From Patescibacteria group bacterium (lineage in GTDB: Bacteria; Patescibacteriota; Minisyncoccia; Ryanbacterales; GWA2-47-10b), in NCBI GenBank assembly GCA_038063855.1, contig JBBTUF010000030.1, positions 679-33,582 of the forward strand: DNA of 32,904 nucleotides. Reading direction: 5' to 3'. Below, piece after piece: positions 9,558-17,082 of this stretch. A program made the position numbers and the translations under genes. Numbering within the stretch: position 1 is the first letter of the stretch; each line of letters opens with the position of its first letter. The notes under the pieces were generated by a model, which did no database searches, was not told where the DNA came from, and was given only the letters and a program-made list of their open reading frames with translations.

Positions 9558-10854
9558 ATCAGCTGAAAAATTACGAGTGCCGTACGCGTTGTCGGTGCAT
9601 GGGCGGGAGGAAGAGCGCGCTGTAGCTGCGGTTATTCGTGAACATCGTACGAATACGGGTCGTGAAGTTTCCGCTTTCGAAAAAGATATTGCAAAAGTCT
9701 TTGCAAAAAAATATGGTGTTATGGTGAATTCTGGTTCTTCGGCAAATTTGCTTGCTATCGAAATTCTGAATTTGCCGCCAGGGTCGGAGGTGATTACGCC
9801 GGCGCTTACTTTTAACACTACTGTAGCGCCTCTTTTACAGAAAGGACTTGTTCCGGTGTTTGTTGATGTAAAGTTGGGAACGTATTTAATTGATGTTGAT
9901 GCGATTGAAAAACATATAACAAAAAAGACTCGCGCACTCATGATTCCGCTTTTGATTGGTAATATTCCTGACATGGCACGACTTCGTGCGATTGCGAATA
10001 AACACAAATTATTTTTTATTGAAGATTCGTGCGACACTCTCGGAGCCACTTTCCGGGGAAAGCCGACGGGCACATGGTCGGACATATCAACAACAAGTTT
10101 TTTTGGTTCTCATATTATTAATGCCGCTGGTGGCGGTGGAATGATCATGGTTAATGATCAAAAGTGGTACCGTCAGTTGTTAGTTCTTCGCGGGTGGGGT
10201 CGATCATCATCTTTGTTTGCAGAGTCAGAAGATATGAGTATTCGCTTTGCGTCAAATCTTGAAGGTATCCCATACGATGGTAAATTTATTTTTACGGAAG
10301 TTGGGTATAATTTTTTGCCACTCGAAATTAGTGCTGCATTTGGGCGAGTGCAACTTTCAAAGTTAGGTAAATTTACAAAAACACGACAGAAAAATTTTGC
10401 AACACTGACCACATTTTTTTCAAAATATAAAGATATTTTTGATTTGCCAATTCAAAATAAGGAAGTACGTACAAATTGGCTTGCATATCCGCTCATGATT
10501 AGAGACTCAGCTCCTTTTGAGCGCCTTGAGCTTGTGCAATTTCTTGAGCAAAACAATATTCAGACGCGCCCAGTATTTACGGGTAACATTCTTCGACAGC
10601 CTGTGATTTCAAGAGCGTCCATAAATGTAGCTGGTGATTATGTTGCAATTAATCACGAAACTCATCGACAGGTCGTAACTAAGCTCGCATCATCTTTAAA
10701 AACAGTAAGTCATCCGAATACTGACCAAATTATGAGACGCGCATTTTTGATTGGATGCCATCATGGTATTGAATCTGTTCATATTAAGCGTATTCAATCA
10801 GCGTTTGAAGAATTTTTAAGTAGTCATGGAATCCAAAAAACTAATCGAATCTAA
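9541..10854 (+). CDS. DegT/DnrJ/EryC1/StrS PLP-family enzyme with His in place of Lys (RfbH/DdhC/ColD-like 3-dehydr(at)ase)
   Basis: [59 protein letters not shown]. Start ATG at 9541 overlaps the rfbG end. Confidence 0.85.
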   Translation: MRKKIKSAEKLRVPYALSVHGREEERAVAAVIREHRTNTGREVSAFEKDIAKVFAKKYGVMVNSGSSANLLAIEILNLPPGSEVITPALTFNTTVAPLLQKGLVPVFVDVKLGTYLIDVDAIEKHITKKTRALMIPLLIGNIPDMARLRAIANKHKLFFIEDSCDTLGATFRGKPTGTWSDISTTSFFGSHIINAAGGGGMIMVNDQKWYRQLLVLRGWGRSSSLFAESEDMSIRFASNLEGIPYDGKFIFTEVGYNFLPLEISAAFGRVQLSKLGKFTKTRQKNFATLTTFFSKYKDIFDLPIQNKEVRTNWLAYPLMIRDSAPFERLELVQFLEQNNIQTRPVFTGNILRQPVISRASINVAGDYVAINHETHRQVVTKLASSLKTVSHPNTDQIMRRAFLIGCHHGIESVHIKRIQSAFEEFLSSHGIQKTNRI

Positions 10855-11785
10855 AAAAATATCGGTCGTTATTCCATGCTATAACGAGGCGGAAAACATT
10901 TCTGAGCTGTACGAACGACTTAGTGTGGTTTTAAAAAATATAACGACACAATACGAAATCATTTTCGTTGATAATCTGAGTACTGATCGTTCAGAAAATA
11001 TTTTTCGAAATTTGGCTGAAAAAGACAAAAATGTTTCAGTATTGTTTTTCTCGCGCAATTTTGGGCACTCACAATATGGGTATTCAGCGGGCACGGAATA
11101 CGCAACAGGAGATGCGGTTATATGGATGGAAGGAGATCTGCAAGACCCGCCAGAGGTTATACCAAGATTTGTAGAAAAATGGCTTGAAGGATTTGATGTT
11201 GTATATGGTATTCGTCCGCGTGGCGCTGGCTCATCTATCTCTCGTTTTGCGAGACGGATATTTTATTACATTTTTCATAAACTCTCTTATCTTAATGTGC
11301 CACGTGATGTCGGAGATTTTTCTCTTCTTGATCGTAAAGTTGTTGATATATTCAATGCCATGCCGGAACGATCTCGTTTTGTTCGAGGGCTTCGTGCATG
11401 GATCGGTTTTCACCATACGGGCGTTGAGTATAAACGAGCTGAACGAACGGGAGGAGTGACATCTAATCCAAGTTTACGTCGTAATATCTGGTGGGCGAAA
11501 AAATTTATTTTTTCATTTTCTTATGCTCCTCTCGAGTTCATTTCTTTACTTACGGTTTGGCTTTGTTTATTTACATTTCTTTTGTTGATTGTGAGTATAT
11601 TTTTTGCTCTCAAGTCTCAGATTTCATGGTTTATGGTAACAGGCGGGGTTGTCCTCGCACTGTTTCTGCTAGCGCCTTTAATTGCGATTGCAATTTTAGC
11701 GGAAGTAGTTGGCATTATTTTTGAGGAAGTAAAGAACCGGCCGAAGTATATTATTGAAGAAATTCTCAATAATCATCATAAGTAA
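10826..11785 (+). CDS. GT2 polyprenyl-phosphate glycosyltransferase (GtrB/ArnC-like)
   Basis: ISVVIPCYNEAEN, FSRNFGH, DLQDPPE, GDFSLLDRKVV, two C-terminal TM helices, EVKNRPKY. Confidence 0.9.
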   Translation: MESKKLIESKKISVVIPCYNEAENISELYERLSVVLKNITTQYEIIFVDNLSTDRSENIFRNLAEKDKNVSVLFFSRNFGHSQYGYSAGTEYATGDAVIWMEGDLQDPPEVIPRFVEKWLEGFDVVYGIRPRGAGSSISRFARRIFYYIFHKLSYLNVPRDVGDFSLLDRKVVDIFNAMPERSRFVRGLRAWIGFHHTGVEYKRAERTGGVTSNPSLRRNIWWAKKFIFSFSYAPLEFISLLTVWLCLFTFLLLIVSIFFALKSQISWFMVTGGVVLALFLLAPLIAIAILAEVVGIIFEEVKNRPKYIIEEILNNHHK

Positions 11786-11831
11786 TTCATGATTGCAATT
11801 CATAAATTTTAAAGGCATACTATAAGGCAAT

Positions 11832-14081
11832 ATGCCAAATCTTGAACGAGTGCTTTTGTGGAGTATCAGAATCCTTTTTGGGCTTCTTTTATTTTTTACC
11901 CCTCTTATTATATCTCCGTCTCTTTTTTTCCCGTATATAACAGGAAAAAATTTCTTTTTCCGCATTATAGTCGAGTTGATGTTGAGCGCATGGGGGGCGC
12001 TCGCGATTTTAAATGCTGCGTATCGCCCACGCATGAATATGCTTTTTGCGAGCGTTACTTTTTTTATAGGTTCGCTGACGCTCGCAACAATTTTTGGCGC
12101 AAATCCGTATCATAGTTTTTGGTCAAATTTTGAGAGAATGGAAGGTCTTATAACGTATCTTCATCTCTTTGCATTATTTTTAGTTCTTTCAGCAACTTTA
12201 CGAACAAAAAAAGAGTGGGCAATGTTTCTGCACATTTCGCTCGCATCAGGTATTATTATGGGGCTTTACGGTACTTGTGAGCACTTTTTTTATAGCCACG
12301 ATCCGTTTACACAGGCAGGAAATTTTTGTAAAACAGGTTCTGGGGGAACGCGAATATATGCAACTCTCGGAAATTTTATTTACCTTACGGTATTCATGAT
12401 GTTTAATATGTTCTTTACGGTGGTGTTATTTTTTTCTGTTCAAGCGCGATGGCAAAAGAGTGTTTATTTCGGGGTCTTTTTATTTGATATTTGCATATTT
12501 TTGTTAGCTGGAAGTCGAGGTCCTGTTGTTGGATTGGGAGTAGCTTGTTTTGTTATGGCTTCATGTTTTGCACTATTTGTAAAGAATAGACGCTATAAAT
12601 ATATGGCGCTTGGAGTTTTGGGTTTAATTATTATACTTACCCTTGTTTTGTTGCAATTTAAAGATTCTAGACTAATTCAAGAAAATCCATTTTTGAGTCG
12701 CTTGAGCTCGCTTACTTCGCTTAAGCTTGCAGATCAACCTCGTTTTAAAATATGGAAAATGGGCATTCATGCATTTCAAGAGCGTCCGTTGTTTGGTTGG
12801 GGTCCTGAAAATTTTATTATTCCATACGCAAAATATTATGATCCAACTTTGTATGGCAATGAACCATGGTTCGATCGGGTGCATAATATGTCTCTTGAGT
12901 GGCTTGTGGATGCGGGTATTGTTGGTTTTGCTTCCTATCTTTGCATGCTCATTGCTGTATTCTATACGATTTCAGTTTGCGTTCGAAAAAAGAAGATACC
13001 ACTTTGGATGGGCGTTCTTTTTGTTGGGCTTTTAGTAGCATATATTGTCCAAAATCTTTTTGTGTTCGATACTATTACGAATTATATATATTATTTCAGT
13101 CTTTTAGCTTTTTTGCATACGTGTATTGTAGAAGATAAATCGCAAAAACATTCCAGAGTTGAGTCCGGGCAACTTGTCGGAGCTTCATTTGCAATTTTAC
13201 TTGGATTTGTGATGATATTTGTTTTAAATGTTAGACCGATTCAGGCAGCTTCACAGCTTTTGGTTGCGCTTTCATCGACTCAAAATGCAAAAACAACTGA
13301 CGACATATTAACTGCATTCAAGGGCGCTTTTGATTTGGGTACTTTTGGGATAAGCGAGATGCGCGAACGCCTTGCGGACATCACAATGCAAGGAGTTCAA
13401 GCAACAGATAAACCGCAAATATTTTTACCACTTCTTGATAAATCTATCGGAGAGCTTACAAGAGAAGTTGAAGAAAATCCCCAAGTAGCAAAAAACCTAA
13501 TTTTTTTGGCAAAGCTTCAAAGTGCCAGAGTTAGTATCACTGGCAAAGACGCAAGTAGAGCAGAGGCTTCGTACGAGCAAGCACTTGCACTTGCACCTAA
13601 TTATCCTCAAACCTATCTTGGGTTGGCAGAATTTTATTTAATTACGGGTCAAAATGAAAAAGCAACTGTAGCAAGTACTAAAGCGCTTGAACTTGCGGCT
13701 CTCAATAGTGATTTATTTTATACTGTTCTTTCATCTTATGTTTTAGCGGAAGATTATATTGGTGCAAAAAAAATGCTTGAAAAATATATTGGAGGGAAAA
13801 TGCTTCCTCCATATAATGCACATGATAGTGATAAGGAAATTCGCATTTTAATCCAGCGATCTCTTCGAACAAATAAAAATCTTGCTGACAAAATCGAATT
13901 TTATAAGGAGCTAAATAAAGAATTTGATCACCCATTCCTCTTCGTTGGATTTGCGCAAACCTACGGGCAGATGGGGAATAGAGCAAAAGCGCGCGAATAT
14001 GCGCTCAAAGCTGCTGAAGCGGATCCAACTCTTCAGGAACAAGTGAATAAATTTCTCAAGAGTCTAGATTCTTTGCCGTAA
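11832..14081 (+). CDS. O-antigen ligase/O-oligosaccharyltransferase family protein with C-terminal TPR-like region
   Basis: ~12 TM segments; RIYATLGN, GSRG, R..IW, RPLFGWGPENF, DRVHN..L..LVDAGIVG. TPR-like A..YEQALALAPN. Confidence 0.85.
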   Translation: MPNLERVLLWSIRILFGLLLFFTPLIISPSLFFPYITGKNFFFRIIVELMLSAWGALAILNAAYRPRMNMLFASVTFFIGSLTLATIFGANPYHSFWSNFERMEGLITYLHLFALFLVLSATLRTKKEWAMFLHISLASGIIMGLYGTCEHFFYSHDPFTQAGNFCKTGSGGTRIYATLGNFIYLTVFMMFNMFFTVVLFFSVQARWQKSVYFGVFLFDICIFLLAGSRGPVVGLGVACFVMASCFALFVKNRRYKYMALGVLGLIIILTLVLLQFKDSRLIQENPFLSRLSSLTSLKLADQPRFKIWKMGIHAFQERPLFGWGPENFIIPYAKYYDPTLYGNEPWFDRVHNMSLEWLVDAGIVGFASYLCMLIAVFYTISVCVRKKKIPLWMGVLFVGLLVAYIVQNLFVFDTITNYIYYFSLLAFLHTCIVEDKSQKHSRVESGQLVGASFAILLGFVMIFVLNVRPIQAASQLLVALSSTQNAKTTDDILTAFKGAFDLGTFGISEMRERLADITMQGVQATDKPQIFLPLLDKSIGELTREVEENPQVAKNLIFLAKLQSARVSITGKDASRAEASYEQALALAPNYPQTYLGLAEFYLITGQNEKATVASTKALELAALNSDLFYTVLSSYVLAEDYIGAKKMLEKYIGGKMLPPYNAHDSDKEIRILIQRSLRTNKNLADKIEFYKELNKEFDHPFLFVGFAQTYGQMGNRAKAREYALKAAEADPTLQEQVNKFLKSLDSLP

Positions 14082-14090
14082 ATAAAAAGT

Positions 14091-15431
14091 TTACCGACCT
14101 TGTCGTGACAAGATTACCATGAATGTTTTGAGTGCGATTGCAAGGTCAAGTCCTATGTCACGATTTTTAATGTAGAACAAATCGTATTGAAGTTTTAAAA
14201 TTGTATCGTCAATCGAGGCGTAATAGTAGGGAGGGTTTATTTGTGCCCATCCAGAAAGCCCAGGGCGCACAAGATGACGCATGTCATAAAAAGGAATTTC
14301 TTTACGCAAATTTTCAACAAATTCCGGCCGTTCCGGCCGGGGTCCTATAAAGGATAATTCACCCACAAGCACATTCCAAAGTTGCGGAAGTTCATCGATA
14401 CGAGTGGCACGTAGAATTTTTCCGACGTGGGTGATTCGCCTGTCGTTGGTTTGTGACCATTCAGCGCCGCTCAATTCTGCGGTGCCATCAGAATTGAGTG
14501 CTTTCATTGTTCGAAATTTATATAATGTAAATACAAGTCCCATTTTGCCGACACGTTTTTGCCTAATAAATATAGGGCCGGAAGAATCGAGCTTGATGGC
14601 GAATGCAGCTAGTGGGAGGAGCGGGAGAAACACAAGACCAAATATACATGCAAAAATAATATCAATACCGCGCTTGAGGGACTCAAAAAATATTTTTTCT
14701 GTTTCAGAGATATTTTCAAGAAACCATACTTTTGAAATAAGTGCGACAGGAATTTTCCCTAGGAGTCGTTCATAAAATATGGTAGCGTCAACAAAACGGA
14801 TACCACTATGAAGCGCTTCATAAATTCCATGTACAAAATTAACGTCTGACTGCATTTCGCGTGGCGCTATGACAATATCGATTGATTCACTTGCTAGGGT
14901 TACGAGTGTCTGTGGGTCAATTGCGGTTATCCGAGAGACGAGTTGATAACCAAGCTGAGGATACTGTTTAATAGTGCTTGCAAGTTCTTCAATATCTTTT
15001 GATGATCCGAGAAGCATTACTCGGGTTTTTGAAGATGCTTTGATTGAGAAAATAAAAAAGATATGCCATACGGCAAGAAGTATTCCAGTTACAATAAGAT
15101 TTAATATGAGATTAATTCTTGGGGCAATAGTGAATTCGCGAACGAAATAAAAAAGACCAATCGATACAACACCACAGGCAAGCATGGAATATAGAATCGA
15201 TTGAAGAATTGTTTGAATTTCGATTGTGGTACGAGCTTCATAAAGCCTGGCGATATAAAAGATAAGAATCCAGATAGCAAATATAATACTAAACGGGAGA
15301 ATATTGAGTTCCCAAGCCTTTCCAAACCCAAGAGGACCATAACGCACGACGAGCGTTATAGCCAATCCTAAATTAAGTAGGAGGATATCTCCTGCGACAA
15401 GGATGAATGTTCTATAGGTACCAAGTGACAT
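14091..15431 (-). CDS. Priming phosphoglycosyltransferase (WbaP/WcaJ family)
   Basis: KR..D, Q.RVG, YKFRTM, D.RIT.VG..LR..RIDELPQL.NVL.G.LS..GPRPE, RPGLSGWAQ, DLFYI. Four N-terminal TMs. Start chosen at MSLGTY. Confidence 0.9.
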   Translation of the reverse strand: MSLGTYRTFILVAGDILLLNLGLAITLVVRYGPLGFGKAWELNILPFSIIFAIWILIFYIARLYEARTTIEIQTILQSILYSMLACGVVSIGLFYFVREFTIAPRINLILNLIVTGILLAVWHIFFIFSIKASSKTRVMLLGSSKDIEELASTIKQYPQLGYQLVSRITAIDPQTLVTLASESIDIVIAPREMQSDVNFVHGIYEALHSGIRFVDATIFYERLLGKIPVALISKVWFLENISETEKIFFESLKRGIDIIFACIFGLVFLPLLPLAAFAIKLDSSGPIFIRQKRVGKMGLVFTLYKFRTMKALNSDGTAELSGAEWSQTNDRRITHVGKILRATRIDELPQLWNVLVGELSFIGPRPERPEFVENLRKEIPFYDMRHLVRPGLSGWAQINPPYYYASIDDTILKLQYDLFYIKNRDIGLDLAIALKTFMVILSRQGR

Positions 15432-15469
15432 AATATGATTCTGACCCAGTATAATGTGTATAACGCCAC

Positions 15470-15498
15470 TTGACAAATACTTAGCCATGTCTTACACT
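15470..15498 (+). promoter_or_regulatory. Near-consensus sigma70 promoter
   Basis: TTGACA (15470-15475), 17-nt spacer, TACACT (15493-15498). Confidence 0.7.
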
Positions 15499-15504
15499 GA
15501 AGGC

Positions 15505-15586
15505 ATATGTGGGTGTTTTAGTGTCTTCGATGCTAAAACTTCAAATATGTCCGCACAAAAGCCCCCTTTGGGGGCTTTTGTGTTTT
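15505..15586 (+). ncRNA. Candidate ~80-nt small RNA of unknown family
   Basis: Bounded by a strong promoter and a terminator. Folds as a long hairpin with core GTTTTAGTGTC-TTC-GATGCTAAAAC. Contains only a 4-codon ORF (MWVF, 15507-15521). Confidence 0.45.
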
Positions 15587-15595
15587 CAGTTTTTT
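15553..15595 (+). terminator. Intrinsic terminator, potentially bidirectional
   Basis: CACAAAAGCCCCC (15554-15566), TTT loop, GGGGGCTTTTGTG (15570-15582), then TTTTCAGTTTTTT. Confidence 0.85.
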
Positions 15596-15622
15596 GTATT
15601 CTATAGCTTCATATATTATCAT
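15594..15622 (+). promoter_or_regulatory. Promoter for the murB leader
   Basis: TTGTAT (15594-15599), 17-nt spacer, TATCAT (15617-15622), then 6 nt to the ATG at 15629. Confidence 0.55.
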
Positions 15623-15628
15623 GGGCAT

Positions 15629-15730
15629 ATGATGTCGGAGGTTTCGAGGGCTAATGAAGCTGGCACTCACATCAGGACATATGTATGGAGTTAAACCCTT
15701 CATTGGCCCTCGAAGAACCTGACCATGATG
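15629..15730 (+). other. Structured murB leader: long hairpin flanked by ATGATG direct repeats, containing a 21-aa uORF (15629-15694)
   Basis: 17-bp stem 15643-15659 / 15698-15714 with one G-U pair. ATGATG at 15629-15634 and 15725-15730. Confidence 0.6.
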
Positions 15731-16672
15731 CAAGAAAATATAGATTTAAAAAGTGTTACGTATTTTAAAATCGGCGGGCCTGCTCGTTACTTTGTTGATG
15801 TAAAAAACGAGGATGAACTTCGTGATGCAGTAAAATTTGCAAAGTCAAAAAAACTCCCGTTTTGTGTAGTGGGTGCTGCCTCTAATATGTTGGTATCGGA
15901 TCATGGATTTGATGGAGTTGTAATACGCATGTTGTTTCGAACAATTTCAATTGATCCCACAGATGATACATTACTACACGTGGAAGCAGGCGTACCAAAT
16001 GCGATTGCAGTAGCGCGTTCTCTTGCTACAGGGCTCGCGGGACTCGAGTGGGCTATAGGGATTCCAGGAACAATCGGAGGATCAATACGAGGAAATGCGG
16101 GATGTTTTTCTGGTGAGATAAAAGATGTGCTTGAAACAGTGCGTTTGTATAATACAAAGACAGGAAAAATTGAAGAACATGATAATGCATTTTGTAAATT
16201 CGAATATCGTCACAGCATTTTCAAAACGATGCGGCATTTGATAATTCTTTCGGGCGCGCTTCGCTTACGAAAGGCCACAAATCCAGAGTTGGGGCAACGC
16301 CTTGTACGGTATTATACTTCATTACGAACTGACAAGCAGGACATTGGCTCTTCTTCTGCTGGGTGTATTTTTAAAAATGTTCGTTGGCCCAGTAATGAGC
16401 ACGCACGAGCGCGTCTTTTATATCTTTTGCCACAGCTTACTGATTTTGCAGGGCAGGCGACAATGCCCGTTGGATTTCTAATCGATCAGCTTGGTCTTAA
16501 AGGAAAGACAATCGGTCATGTAAGCGTTTCAAAAAAACATGGTAATTATCTTATAAACCAAGGCGGCGCGTCAGCAGAAGAGGTAATTATGCTTATTGGG
16601 CTTATTAAAGAACGCATGCATCGAAAATTTAATCTCTATCTTGAAGAGGAAATCCAACTTGTTGGGTTTTAG
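15725..16672 (+). CDS. murB: UDP-N-acetylenolpyruvoylglucosamine reductase
   Basis: FKIGGPA, G..SN.LVSD.G, GIPGTIGG...NAG, F.YR.S, SAGCIFKN, H.N...N.G. Confidence 0.95.
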   Translation: MMQENIDLKSVTYFKIGGPARYFVDVKNEDELRDAVKFAKSKKLPFCVVGAASNMLVSDHGFDGVVIRMLFRTISIDPTDDTLLHVEAGVPNAIAVARSLATGLAGLEWAIGIPGTIGGSIRGNAGCFSGEIKDVLETVRLYNTKTGKIEEHDNAFCKFEYRHSIFKTMRHLIILSGALRLRKATNPELGQRLVRYYTSLRTDKQDIGSSSAGCIFKNVRWPSNEHARARLLYLLPQLTDFAGQATMPVGFLIDQLGLKGKTIGHVSVSKKHGNYLINQGGASAEEVIMLIGLIKERMHRKFNLYLEEEIQLVGF

Positions 16673-16687
16673 CGTTATACTAACTAT

Positions 16688-17050
16688 ATGAGAACAATAT
16701 ATAAAACAAAGAATACAACATTAAATGCAGCGATGAGGGAGTATCTTGGTAGTAAAGTTGTGGGGGTTGTAGAAAAATTAATAGGAGATGACGAGGCCGC
16801 AATGCTCGAGATTGAATTTGCACTCGTAACTCGCCATCATAGAAAAGGAGATGTGTGGCGCGCGGAAGCAAATCTTATATTGGGCAAAAAAATGATTCGC
16901 GCAGAAGAGACGGGCGACGATCCGCATGCCGTTATTGATGCCCTTGGCGATGAACTCTCACGAGAAATAAAATCATTTAAAGATAAAAGCAAAACAAAGA
17001 ATATTCGTGGTGGGCGTACGATAAAAAAGATTCTCAAAAAACCACTTTAA
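16688..17050 (+). CDS. hpf: Ribosome hibernation factor, short HPF/RaiA type
   Basis: L..AMREY..K, AEANL, IRAEE..D..A.ID...L.R...K.K. Conserved position upstream of secA. Confidence 0.8.
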   Translation: MRTIYKTKNTTLNAAMREYLGSKVVGVVEKLIGDDEAAMLEIEFALVTRHHRKGDVWRAEANLILGKKMIRAEETGDDPHAVIDALGDELSREIKSFKDKSKTKNIRGGRTIKKILKKPL

Positions 17051-17082
17051 AAAAGCATTTTTTTGTTGTACGATGGGATATT

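Noticed and set aside
15515-15539. GTTTTAG...CTAAAAC resembles the ends of some class 2 CRISPR repeats
   Set aside because: Single 25-nt copy, no spacers and no cas gene in the window. It is explained as a hairpin stem.
15629-15730. SRP RNA, 6S RNA or archaeal-type bulge-helix-bulge intron identity for the murB leader
   Set aside because: Minus-strand GGTCAGGT is not followed by the GNRA-AGCAG helix-8 motif of SRP RNA. It is about half the size of 6S RNA. The bulges are 2-4-2 rather than 3-4-3, and bacteria lack the splicing endonuclease.
15509-15733. ORF-track entries 15509-15694 (+) and 15533-15733 (-)
   Set aside because: Both run through the terminator hairpin. Only the 15629-15694 part has a plausible promoter-linked start.
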